Sequence record: DRR723986_7113
Strand: one strand, 5' to 3'
Length of the DNA: 43,905 nt
Under the pieces are notes generated by a model. The model did not search any database, was not told the origin of the DNA, and was given only the letters and a program-made list of their open reading frames with translations. Position 1 is the first letter of the stretch. Each line of letters opens with the position of its first letter. Positions 1 to 9,924 of the stretch are shown piece after piece. The position numbers were made by a program, and so were the translations under genes.

Positions 1-339
1 AAACTAATTGCGGCGCATTGCATTGAGGCGCGCGGGCTGAACGGCTCTCTCAGCCTCTGGAGGCCGAAGGCACAAGAACTACCAAGAAGATCAAGCAGCC
101 TGAGACCGACCAAAGGGAGCGGCTCAAAGCGATCAGAACATAAACGTCTGAATATTTGCAGTGTTTAAAACGACAAGACCTGTTAAGTCGGGATATAACT
201 TCTCCAAGGTATTTCCCGAGCCTAACAGGTCTATGTATTTTGCGGTCGGCCAAGAATCGTCAGCGCAAACTATCAGCCAAAAAAGGTCTACACTGGTGCA
301 CATGCTAATCACAGTGCACGTGTACGATTCTAAACGGGC

Positions 340-1416
340 TTATTCGTTACCCCAATCCACGAGGAGCGTAAAACGCATCGTGTTTGCCAGAGGGTGATTC
401 TCTTCGACAGGGCTAATGAAGCTGAAGTCGAGCTGGAAGAGGTCAAAACGGACACCAGCACCGAAAGTAAGGTACTCGCGGTCACCGATACGCGACGGCT
501 CTGTGAAGTAACCTGCGCGCAGAGCGACGAGTTGTTCGTACCAATACTCAGCACCAAGCGAGAGTTCTACGCCACCTGTTTCCCAAGCTGTGACGAACGA
601 TTTCGGGATACGGTCAGCACCGAATTCATCGCGACGAACGAGGAGCTTAGCAACGTCTACAGCCAGAATCAGATCGTTAAACTCATCGCGAACAACGTTG
701 AGGCCCATTCCAAGACGAAGCATGGTTGGCAGCGGATCGGATTCTTCATTATATGTAACACTTGGACCAACGTTTTGGAGGTTAAAACCAAGTGAGAGAC
801 GGTCATCGAGATCAACGCCGAAGAGGTCCAGTTTTTCAGGTGCCCAGAGGAGACCGAGGTCAAAACCAACCGAGATACCTGTACCAGAACCTGTTCCCTG
901 AGCGTTGGCGCCTTCAGCCAGATTTGACTGGATGTAACGGAACTGCGTTCCAAATCCAACGTCATTCCCCAGCTGCGTAGCGTATGCCAGGCCAACCGAG
1001 AATTCGTTAGAGCGGAAGGTTCCGAGGATACGCCCATCAACAGATGTACGCGTAAACTGCCCGAGATTCATCAAGATGAAGTTGGCAGCAACATAACCCT
1101 CAAGAGCCTCTACATACTGCCCGTATGCGCCGTAGCTATAGAAGAGGTCCGCGTTAAATTGTGGCAGCCACTTGGAGAACGAAAGGGATGCCTGCGGATC
1201 ATATTGAAAAGCGAGACCACCTGGATTCCAGAAAAGGGCATTCAGATCGTCAGCAATTCCCGTCCCAGTATCACCCATGGCACTCGAACGCGAGTTTGGT
1301 GCTATGAGCAAAAACGGAACGGCGGCGCCGCCGGCTTGCGCCAATGCTTCTTTTGCACCGAATCCCAGCATGAGCATCACGACGATAGCTTTTGGGATGA
1401 GATTATTTCGCAACAT
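340..1416 (-). CDS. porV: Type IX secretion outer-membrane shuttle PorV (FadL-like beta-barrel)
   Basis: 358 aa with signal peptide; N-terminal AVPFLLIAPNSRSSAMGD motif and C-terminal HPLANTMRFTL typical of PorV; directly downstream of porU. Confidence 0.92.
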   Translation of the reverse strand: MLRNNLIPKAIVVMLMLGFGAKEALAQAGGAAVPFLLIAPNSRSSAMGDTGTGIADDLNALFWNPGGLAFQYDPQASLSFSKWLPQFNADLFYSYGAYGQYVEALEGYVAANFILMNLGQFTRTSVDGRILGTFRSNEFSVGLAYATQLGNDVGFGTQFRYIQSNLAEGANAQGTGSGTGISVGFDLGLLWAPEKLDLFGVDLDDRLSLGFNLQNVGPSVTYNEESDPLPTMLRLGMGLNVVRDEFNDLILAVDVAKLLVRRDEFGADRIPKSFVTAWETGGVELSLGAEYWYEQLVALRAGYFTEPSRIGDREYLTFGAGVRFDLFQLDFSFISPVEENHPLANTMRFTLLVDWGNE

Positions 1417-1489
1417 TCAATTAACTCCTGAAAAAGAATACAATGCTTCAATCAAAGATAGAGAGGTCAAACAGCTGGGACTATCTAGC

Positions 1490-4400
1490 TCAGCGAACTA
1501 TCAACACCTGTCCGGTGAAATCGCTACTAGCACCGTCAGCAGTTTGAACCTGCAGATGATAGAAGTATGAACCGGTTGGCATGAGGTTGCCCTCATTATC
1601 ACGTCCATCCCACAAGAGCTCGTCCGTGCGAGACTCGCTGTTGCGGCCTAGTTGACGCACGCGCATTCCATCTGTTGTAAAAATTTGAACACTTGCTTCG
1701 GCGGCTTCTTGAGCGCTATGCCGAAAAACAAACTTGGTTTCCTGCTGAAACGGGTTTGGAAAGGCCCCAACATCATCAAGTTGGATACCATCCTCACACG
1801 AAATTCGGAAAAAGGTCTCAGTCTCAGAAAAATTGTTGAAAACATCCCAGGCACGCACGCGCACGCGATGCTCACCGCAAGGCATATCAAACAATTCCTG
1901 TTCAGCAGTTCCCGTGCGGAAGTTACTGAGGGATACTGTGTATGCATCCGTCAGATTTATCGTCTGTGGATCATCATTGATCCAGGCCTGAATATCGTGG
2001 CCGATACCTAAGCCGGTAGCGTTAATGCCGGTTTCATCTGCCAAATCTACGATCAGGAGAGGAATCGGATTAACGTAGTCACCGGAAACGAAGGTGCGGT
2101 TATCCAAGTAGATATCAATCTCGGGCCCATCAAAATCATCATCCACGTAGGTCGCAATCCCGCCAATCGTAAACTGCTGGGTTGCCCCTTTGGCGAAGCG
2201 GGTCTCGGACTCATTAAATGCGTATGCAAAGATTCGGCCGTTTTCGTCGGAAAAGCTGATGTCCTTAGGAACAACGATTGAGGATTTGAAGCGGCCGTTG
2301 ACGACTTCAGCGCCAGAGACATTCAGGATCCCACCCACCAGGCTGAATGGATGCTTGGTTTTTTCTTCGTCCGTATCGGTCACAAGTTTTTCAATATCAC
2401 TGTCATGCAAATTCAGGACAACTGAACCATTGAAGGTTTCATCGACCTGGTCTGTACCGGCGATCCTGACATAACCTTCCAGCTCAACAGTTGAGAGCGC
2501 TTGCATGCGTGGCTCGACGCCAGGCTCAAGTTCTTCGCCATTGATTGAGCTGATGACAATTTCTGCCGGTGGAATCAGGATGCGCATGGCGGGATCACCA
2601 AGCAAGTAGAATTTGCGATCATTATCGCCGTCACGAACCTGCTTGACACCAAAAAGCACCTGTCCGACCGTTAGGTGACTACCAGAAGATGCATCGAACA
2701 GAAGTGTATAGAAGGCTTCGTTGATTTCAGCATTCTGCGTTGCGTAGACGGTTCGTGCCGAGGAGAAGACTCCAATGGCGCCACCATCATCGTCAAACAG
2801 GAGATCTTCGGCACCACTTTGGCGAGCCGGATCATCGAATCTTCCAAAGTCACAGGTAGCGGCCGTCAGGAAGAAAGGTCTATCGGCATTCTGGAACAAA
2901 GGGATGGTCTCATCTTTCTCGAAGATTTGCTCATGCGCCCAGACACGCGGATTACCGTGTCCAATCCAGTTCAGCAGAAGAGTTCCACTGTTGACAGCCG
3001 AAACTATATCCTGGGTGACTTTCGGCTTACGGCGGCCACCGGGAATATTTTCAGTTGGATAATCTGGCAGATAAATTTTGCGCAGTTTCATTGAGGATGG
3101 AATCATCCCAGATAGTGTTTCCGACTGCCGTGTGTGCAGTCTTCTGTCACCTGGGCGATTGGCTTCGGCCTGGGAGTCGTCGGCAATCATTGTGATGCTC
3201 GTGCGCCAATTTGAGACGGCAGCATCACTTTCATATGCACGCAGTTTTTCAGTGTACACACTTCCCTGCGAATTGGAAACGACCGGAATACGCCCCAGTG
3301 CGATGTCTACCAGTCTATCTTCTCCAACTACCATTACAAAGTAATCTTCAGTCAGGAAGGTCGTGTTGACGGCGTGTAATACGTCTTCTACATCAAGCGA
3401 CTGGTAGGTTGGCACGAACATTTGCTGCGACGTTGAGAGTCCGCGATAGTCAAAGTGTCCATCGCCCCAAAACAGGACGTAGCGTGGCTTGGTACTCCAG
3501 CTTTCCATGGCATGTGCCAGGAAGTCGCGAATTGCGGTTGGATCGGGGATTCCGCCGGCAAATTCATTGTAGAGCTGGTCTACAGTGACAACGGCAGCGG
3601 ACATGGAACTTGTTGATTCGCGGTAGGCCTTAAACTCCTGCGCACTTTCGAGCAAGTCGCGATGAGTGATGATCACGTAATCAGCATCGAGATTACGGTT
3701 GCGCAGGTCCGCCCATTCTATACGATCAAGTGATGCGACCTGACGGCGGTCACCACTGATGTAATAACGTGAGGGACTTTGATCCACGGAGAGCGCATTA
3801 AACGCCATCACTCCGCCTGTATTTGACTGATTCTGCAGCATCAGGGGCAGACTGCGGTCGGATACGTCAAAACCGATGACGTTTCCAGAAAACCCAGAGA
3901 TACTATAACGTGTGACTCCGGCGGCTTGAGGATTGGAGAAGAACTCCAATGAATTGTCAATTGCGCGGAATGGACGTGGATAGTGAATCTCATACCAGTC
4001 GATGTAACCGAAGGCTGACTGATTCTGCGTACTGTTAGAATAATCGAATTGGAGTTCGCCGGATGAAGAGATTGAAGACGCTGGGACTGTGACGTCGCTG
4101 ACTTCAACACGTGCGACTTCATATGAGGAAGTTGCAATCTGGCGGAGCAGCATGCTTCCGAGGCTCTGTGAACCGAAGCGTACATCAAATTCACCAGTGC
4201 TGGATGACTTGTGTCCCAGCGAGTAGCGAAACAGAACGTCACCCTGGTTCAGCAGGTTATCGAGGCGCGGGAAAAATGTAGCCGGAATATTCTGATCAAC
4301 GGTGCGGCCTAACCAACGACGGCCGGAACCAGGAGTGAAAGGGCTATTTAATTCTTGCTCCTCGAACACTCTGTGCGTATAAAATGCCGGCTCGTGCACA

Positions 4401-5503
4401 ACTGCATCACTTGGAGGGTTTTGGGCCTGCGCGCGTAAGCCGGCAGTACCACCAATTCCAATGATATAGTAGTTGCGCTGTGAGTAGTGGTTGATGAAAT
4501 GCGAGAACTCGCCATCCTCATATTCAAAACCTGAGGCTGCGGATGCATAGAAGACGATTGACTCAAGCTCACCACTGCCATTGGTATTGACAATGATTGG
4601 CTGCTCAATAAGCTTGTCTTCTGTGGCCTGGCTAACAGACTCCGGCAGTTCCTGACCACCGTAGCCGTATAGTTTTATCGTAGGGACTTCACCTGCGCTG
4701 ACGGAGACACCAGCATCGGCAAGGCGTTGTGCACTGAGTGAATAGATTCCTTCTTCGTCTACGCCCAAACGCAGGTATGTAGACGCGTCAGCTGTGAGCG
4801 CATCACCTGAGCCTTTGAGAAGTGACTGTTGTTTTGAAGAGGAAGGCAGGCGCCAAGTCTGTGCGGCTTTAGCGTTGATGGCACGACTGAATGGACGGGC
4901 TTCGGTCTGACCAGCTGTCACGACACTGCTGACGAGGAATCGAATTTCGACTTCAAGAGAGGTCGGAATCTCAGTGAGGTTATCAGCCGCATTATAGCGC
5001 GCAGCAACAAAGCGAATGGATGCCATATGTTGATCGCGCGCCACGCCCAGGTACTCAATATCGGCCCAGTCGGAATTCCTCAACTGATCGTCGGAATTAA
5101 CCTTTTGCTGCTCAAATTCGAATACTTCGGCTGAGTTGCCGGCCAAATCGAAGTTGAGTTGCCGAACTGATTGTGCACTGATTGATTGAATTGCGAAGAG
5201 GTTCTGATTGGGGACTGCGATCGGAATGTCAACAACATAGGCTGCAGCTCCTCCCTTCAACTCGACATACTCCGCGCCGAGGATGCTCGGACGAACCAGC
5301 AAACGTCCATTGACGTCAATGGTATCGTAAGCCACAATTTGAGGGTGATACTGCAAAACCAGACGATGTTCGTTGGATTCAACGAGTTTTACACCGAATG
5401 AGCTGTAAGCAGTCTGGGGAGTAGACGTAGAGGCAGAGGCGGTGGGAACGTGGCAAACAACGAAACCCAATGCAACGGCAACCGCTACTAATAATGTCCG
5501 CAT
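1490..5503 (-). CDS. porU: Type IX secretion sortase PorU (peptidase C25/gingipain family)
   Basis: 1337 aa with signal peptide; C25 motifs YVLFWGDGHFDY, GRIP, catalytic WIGHG and TAATCDFGRFD; DETGINATGLGIGHDI and RAWDVFNN motifs; C-terminal PNPF...WDGRD CTD; porU-porV synteny. Confidence 0.93.
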   Translation of the reverse strand: MRTLLVAVAVALGFVVCHVPTASASTSTPQTAYSSFGVKLVESNEHRLVLQYHPQIVAYDTIDVNGRLLVRPSILGAEYVELKGGAAAYVVDIPIAVPNQNLFAIQSISAQSVRQLNFDLAGNSAEVFEFEQQKVNSDDQLRNSDWADIEYLGVARDQHMASIRFVAARYNAADNLTEIPTSLEVEIRFLVSSVVTAGQTEARPFSRAINAKAAQTWRLPSSSKQQSLLKGSGDALTADASTYLRLGVDEEGIYSLSAQRLADAGVSVSAGEVPTIKLYGYGGQELPESVSQATEDKLIEQPIIVNTNGSGELESIVFYASAASGFEYEDGEFSHFINHYSQRNYYIIGIGGTAGLRAQAQNPPSDAVVHEPAFYTHRVFEEQELNSPFTPGSGRRWLGRTVDQNIPATFFPRLDNLLNQGDVLFRYSLGHKSSSTGEFDVRFGSQSLGSMLLRQIATSSYEVARVEVSDVTVPASSISSSGELQFDYSNSTQNQSAFGYIDWYEIHYPRPFRAIDNSLEFFSNPQAAGVTRYSISGFSGNVIGFDVSDRSLPLMLQNQSNTGGVMAFNALSVDQSPSRYYISGDRRQVASLDRIEWADLRNRNLDADYVIITHRDLLESAQEFKAYRESTSSMSAAVVTVDQLYNEFAGGIPDPTAIRDFLAHAMESWSTKPRYVLFWGDGHFDYRGLSTSQQMFVPTYQSLDVEDVLHAVNTTFLTEDYFVMVVGEDRLVDIALGRIPVVSNSQGSVYTEKLRAYESDAAVSNWRTSITMIADDSQAEANRPGDRRLHTRQSETLSGMIPSSMKLRKIYLPDYPTENIPGGRRKPKVTQDIVSAVNSGTLLLNWIGHGNPRVWAHEQIFEKDETIPLFQNADRPFFLTAATCDFGRFDDPARQSGAEDLLFDDDGGAIGVFSSARTVYATQNAEINEAFYTLLFDASSGSHLTVGQVLFGVKQVRDGDNDRKFYLLGDPAMRILIPPAEIVISSINGEELEPGVEPRMQALSTVELEGYVRIAGTDQVDETFNGSVVLNLHDSDIEKLVTDTDEEKTKHPFSLVGGILNVSGAEVVNGRFKSSIVVPKDISFSDENGRIFAYAFNESETRFAKGATQQFTIGGIATYVDDDFDGPEIDIYLDNRTFVSGDYVNPIPLLIVDLADETGINATGLGIGHDIQAWINDDPQTINLTDAYTVSLSNFRTGTAEQELFDMPCGEHRVRVRAWDVFNNFSETETFFRISCEDGIQLDDVGAFPNPFQQETKFVFRHSAQEAAEASVQIFTTDGMRVRQLGRNSESRTDELLWDGRDNEGNLMPTGSYFYHLQVQTADGASSDFTGQVLIVR

Positions 5504-6033
5504 AGTTATCCTTTTCGACTTTAGTTAGGTCGTGCGCGATTCATCCGAGAACACAGTGTTACACCTTAATGGTGCGATGTCATCGGAAGCTGTCAAGTTT
5601 TGCGGATATTAACAGGGTAGCTTTGTTGCGATAGAAGGGCCCGTATTATGTGACGAATTTTGGTTCAATTTACGAGAACTTTGTACAATGAGTCAAGGGA
5701 AAACTGACTGCACTATCTGAATTAAACCAAACTGAAGCGTTTTGACTGGTTATGTACGCATGAGTTGAAGCAAGCCTCAACTCAGAATATGAGGGCCGTA
5801 ATCAGCAACTTCCTGTTCCGCAAGTCTAAGATCACAACCGTGTTGGGGATAAACAAGTTCCGCTTGTCACGGTGTTCCTTGTTGAGTAGTAAACCGAATC
5901 CATGCCAAAGCGTTACAGACTACTTTCAGGGAATGTGGTAGAGACAGGTAAAAGGGTGTTTTGTCACTCAACGCCCCGTAAAAACCTTCGGCAGCTCAGT
6001 GACTCACTGCGCACATTTCGATACAGTTGTTTT

Positions 6034-6075
6034 AAAACAAAACGAAGCCGCATCTCACTGGGAGATGCGGCTTCG
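6034..6075 (-). terminator. Intrinsic terminator of the Omp28-like gene
   Basis: Perfect 14-bp stem CGAAGCCGCATCTC/GAGATGCGGCTTCG (6043-6075), followed on the - strand by TTTTGTTTT. Confidence 0.85.
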
Positions 6076-6132
6076 CAAATTGCTAAGCGCACTGAACTGA
6101 TGACACAAAAGATGTGTGCAGTTCTGGCTTGC

Positions 6133-8613
6133 TTACTTCACGTTGACAGCAGGAACTGTGATTGATTGCTCACCGGACTTCATGATGATGAAGTAGGTGC
6201 CACCAGGCAGCTGTGTACCGTCAAAACGTGTTGTGTACGAACCTGGAGTAACTACGCCATTAACAAGCTGAGCTACTTCTTGACCAGCAACGTTGTGCAC
6301 GCTGATGTTCACGTTCTTGGCAGTTTGAGTGGTCAGAGCATACTCGACCATTGTGCTACCAACGAATGGGTTCTGTACAGTGCGGATCGTCATGTCTTCA
6401 GTTTGTGATTCGTTGCTGGCAACACTGCTAACAACTGGACCACCAACACCAACGAGGTCAATGAAGCGTGATTCTTCATTGGTAGCGTTGGATGCGATAA
6501 CCATGAATGCAAGATATTCGGTCTCTTCAGCTGGAGCGAAAGTTACGTCGATTGATGCTTGCATACCGGCCTCAATGTTGAGTGGCAGCGTTACATTTTC
6601 GAGCGTAAACGCAGCATCACCTTCAATGGAGAGTTCCGTGATAGTGAGCGTTTCCGAACCAGTGTTAGTGATCGTGTATCCAACAGTTGCAGGCTTGTTA
6701 GTTGGTGTAGTACCGAAGTCAAGTTCAGTAGCACCACCGATGACAGCACCCTGAGGAGCGTCGCCTTCCAACCATTCCAGAATGCGAGTCATGACGTTGT
6801 TACGGTTAACCTGAACGCCAAGCGCTTCAAGACCGAAACCACCATAGTACAAGCGAGCTTCACCGATTTGAGCACGGACAGCAGCAATGTTAGCTGACTG
6901 ATTGTCTGTGTAGAATACGGCTTCAGCTGGGCCATTACCGATCGTCATTTGATCTGTGAAAGCGTCAAATGTTGGCCAGTTTTGTTGGCTGTACTGGTTA
7001 GCTGGGTTAATGTTGATGCCATTACCAATCGGATCGTTGGTTACACCAGTAATCGCGAACGGAGTAATTTGAGCACCACCACCATCTTGCAGCTGGTAAC
7101 GCTGAATAGGCAGGGATTTGAAGTTCACGCCGAGGATATTAGCAAAGAACTGCTGAGTAGCTTCCAGGCCTTCTGGCGTTGGAGTATTCAGTGCAGCACC
7201 TGCTGAATAGTTTGAGAAGACAGCAAGGCGTTTGCCTTGTGTCAACCAGCGCTGAACGTTGACGAGGACATATCCAGTCAGTACGTTTTGCTCACCGGTG
7301 ATAACCTGTGGGTCAAAGCGCATTGGAAGGATGTGTGTCTCAATGTCGTCACCGATAGCAGCCATGTTCTCTGGTGTACCAGGAACAGCAACACTTTTAC
7401 CAGCATAACCAGGCATGCGCTCCAGCGTAACCGTACGGTATACGGACTCAGCAAAGCCATTCAGACCCGTCCAGAGGATGATTTCTGGTGTACCAGCGAA
7501 GATTGTTGGCTCGAGGATTTCGAGGTCAGCAACTTCACCAGCTGCATATCCATCAGGAAGTACGGCACGGACCTGGATCAGTGACTCTTCCATGAAAACA
7601 GCGTCACTTGTATACGTGTACGTAGCTTGAACTTCCTGAGTCTCACCAACTTCCATTGTGAAAGTCGATGGTGAAAATTCAACCGTAACACCGTCCGGCA
7701 ACGTCATGGATGTGACTTCAGCCATAACAGCTTCATCGTCATCATTGGAAACGTTGATTGTACGAACAGCAGTTTTTTGGTCGTCTGACAGACGGACCAT
7801 TGGGTTACCGACCCACTCTGCGTTCAACTCGTGACCGTTGATGTTTGTAGCAGTCTGATAAACCTGGCGGTTGAAATCATTCTGTACAAATGCAATGATG
7901 TAGATCTCATCTTCAGGAGCGAGCTCATCATATGTCAGGGAGTAGTTGAAGTCATATGTTTGTGACTCACCGGCAGCGATCGTAATGTCAGTACCAGCTG
8001 GTGAAGGGAGCATGTCCAGACCAACGTCAGTGTGCAGAATCTCACCATTGTGGCTCGGCAGTGTCGTTGGGAGGTTTGGCAGCAACACTTTACGCGCTAC
8101 TACAGCAACGTGAAGTTTTGCATTACCAATGTTGGAACCAGATTCGCCTTCTACTGTTACGCTGACTTTAATGTTGTTCATGTCGGAACGATCTTCTTCG
8201 ACCGACATGATAACTTGTGAAGTCTGCGTTTTGGCTGCTTCAAGATCGTTCGTAACCGCATCACGGTTCGTCATAGCTGGGTTACGAGTTCCCTCGATCC
8301 AACCGTAAGGGATGCTGTACTGGCCTGAAGTGTTGTAGTACGCAATACGTGTGCGTCCCATGTCACCACGAGCGGCATCACGGTCCTGCCATGGGTCATT
8401 TGGTCTCGGCCACCACATGTGCATCCGAATTGAAACGACACCTTCACGGTAGTCTACCACATCATTCAAAATTTCGGTGGCTGGTACACAAGGAGGGCAA
8501 GTGGCGCTGTTCCACTCCTCTACCAAGATAAGTTTGTCCGCAGCGCTCGCAGGGGTGCTCCATGCGAGGAGACCAACCGCTACGATTGCCAAGAAGGTAG
8601 AAATTCTGCGCAT
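6133..8613 (-). CDS. Omp28-related thioredoxin-fold protein with Ig-like domains and T9SS C-terminal sorting domain
   Basis: Signal peptide from ATG 8613 (GGAG upstream; ORF track starts at 8652); LVEEWNSATCPPC motif; YIIAFVQND Omp28-type motif; LDFG...TITNTGSETLTI Ig repeat; C-terminal QNPF...LPGGTYFI CTD. Confidence 0.8.
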   Translation of the reverse strand: MRRISTFLAIVAVGLLAWSTPASAADKLILVEEWNSATCPPCVPATEILNDVVDYREGVVSIRMHMWWPRPNDPWQDRDAARGDMGRTRIAYYNTSGQYSIPYGWIEGTRNPAMTNRDAVTNDLEAAKTQTSQVIMSVEEDRSDMNNIKVSVTVEGESGSNIGNAKLHVAVVARKVLLPNLPTTLPSHNGEILHTDVGLDMLPSPAGTDITIAAGESQTYDFNYSLTYDELAPEDEIYIIAFVQNDFNRQVYQTATNINGHELNAEWVGNPMVRLSDDQKTAVRTINVSNDDDEAVMAEVTSMTLPDGVTVEFSPSTFTMEVGETQEVQATYTYTSDAVFMEESLIQVRAVLPDGYAAGEVADLEILEPTIFAGTPEIILWTGLNGFAESVYRTVTLERMPGYAGKSVAVPGTPENMAAIGDDIETHILPMRFDPQVITGEQNVLTGYVLVNVQRWLTQGKRLAVFSNYSAGAALNTPTPEGLEATQQFFANILGVNFKSLPIQRYQLQDGGGAQITPFAITGVTNDPIGNGININPANQYSQQNWPTFDAFTDQMTIGNGPAEAVFYTDNQSANIAAVRAQIGEARLYYGGFGLEALGVQVNRNNVMTRILEWLEGDAPQGAVIGGATELDFGTTPTNKPATVGYTITNTGSETLTITELSIEGDAAFTLENVTLPLNIEAGMQASIDVTFAPAEETEYLAFMVIASNATNEESRFIDLVGVGGPVVSSVASNESQTEDMTIRTVQNPFVGSTMVEYALTTQTAKNVNISVHNVAGQEVAQLVNGVVTPGSYTTRFDGTQLPGGTYFIIMKSGEQSITVPAVNVK

Positions 8614-8914
8614 AGTCAGAAACTCCAGTTTTTGGATAAATAAAAAGTACATGTCAAAGACGTGTTCGAAGGTTGTAGTTCGCTTCTCAATTTTTGAAAG
8701 TGTGTGTATACGAAGCGAAATTTCCGATTACTGCAGTGACGATGAGGTCAGAATTTCGGTACAATCGGAATTTGGAGAAGCCCCACTTGCTCCAGATAAT
8801 AAAATACGGATAAAACAAGCACACTTGCAAATTGTGTACAGGCTTTCTCCAAATAGTACCATGCAATTCTAACGATAAAGGCAAATTATCAGAAATTATT
8901 GCATTTAGCCGATC

Positions 8915-9778
8915 TTATTCTTCTCCGACGTGAACTGCCTCTGCCTGCAAAATTCGATTACTGGTCTGGAATTCATGTACGATTGCCACTACTTCCAACT
9001 CTTCAGAGTTCCAGCCTTCGTCAACGGCAACGGACCATGACCTTTCAATTACATCACCGGTAGCAGGCGCGGCGCTTGCGACTGGATCACCAAATGTGCC
9101 ATTAAAGGATGTGCGTAACACATGCTGATGTGAATAGTCAACCAATGGCTTGGGAGTTTTGCGCTCATCCAACTGGACTTCAACAAAGTTGTTCTCCAGC
9201 AGGTAGAGTGAGATATAATCATTTGCGCTGCCATCTTCGAAATACGTGATTTTGGCATCGACATTGACCATGCGCGTGCCTTCATTGTACTCCGTCGTGA
9301 GTTCAATCTTCAGTGGCGCTTCCTGCTGCAGAAGTTCAGCAACACGCGTGTTCCAGCTGGCCGGCGTTAATATGCGCTCACCATCAAACTCAGTACGGTT
9401 TACCAGCCCATTAGGAGTTCCTGCGGCCGAGACCGAGAAGGCCTGGTCCAGCTCCGTGCCTTCAGGTGTGTTGAAGTCATATGTATAAGGTTCACCAATA
9501 ACTCTGGCAAAAAATCCAGAGTGCACCGAAATCAGAATGACCTGCTCCGGGTTTGATGCTTTCAGATTTTGTGCCAAATCGGTTGCTGCTGGACAGGTCT
9601 GACAGCGAAAGCCGGTAAACTCTTCGAGCACAACTTTTTGCACGCGTTCATCTAGATTACCGTCATTATTTCTTCCATAACTGTCTGGGTCGCGGTATGG
9701 ACCATCGACTTCATCACAAGCACCAAGTGTAAAAACGCCAACCAGAAGGTACACGATGTACTGCTTTTTCATGCGCAT
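8915..9778 (-). CDS. Omp28-family outer-membrane lipoprotein
   Basis: Lipobox LGAC; KVVLEEFTGFRCQTCP, ISVHSG, TPNGLVNR and HQHVLR motifs of Omp28 proteins. Confidence 0.85.
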   Translation of the reverse strand: MRMKKQYIVYLLVGVFTLGACDEVDGPYRDPDSYGRNNDGNLDERVQKVVLEEFTGFRCQTCPAATDLAQNLKASNPEQVILISVHSGFFARVIGEPYTYDFNTPEGTELDQAFSVSAAGTPNGLVNRTEFDGERILTPASWNTRVAELLQQEAPLKIELTTEYNEGTRMVNVDAKITYFEDGSANDYISLYLLENNFVEVQLDERKTPKPLVDYSHQHVLRTSFNGTFGDPVASAAPATGDVIERSWSVAVDEGWNSEELEVVAIVHEFQTSNRILQAEAVHVGEE

Positions 9779-9924
9779 AACATTCAGTCTCTATAATATT
9801 TGATAAAGTGTTTACTTTTATAGACCTACATGCTTTAGCTCAGGATTCCGTTGAGCCGAATGTTCAAATAATTCGGTAAGCATATTGGCGCAACATTAAA
9901 CGATAGTTCCGATCCGAAACTTCC

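Noticed and set aside
1-253. 67-aa - strand ORF with hydrophobic stretch ending in TGA (possible readthrough or selenocysteine)
   Set aside because: No family motif, no SECIS evidence, truncated context at the window edge
5902-6165. 87-aa + strand ORF
   Set aside because: Runs through the terminator hairpin and overlaps the end of the Omp28-like gene; no recognisable features
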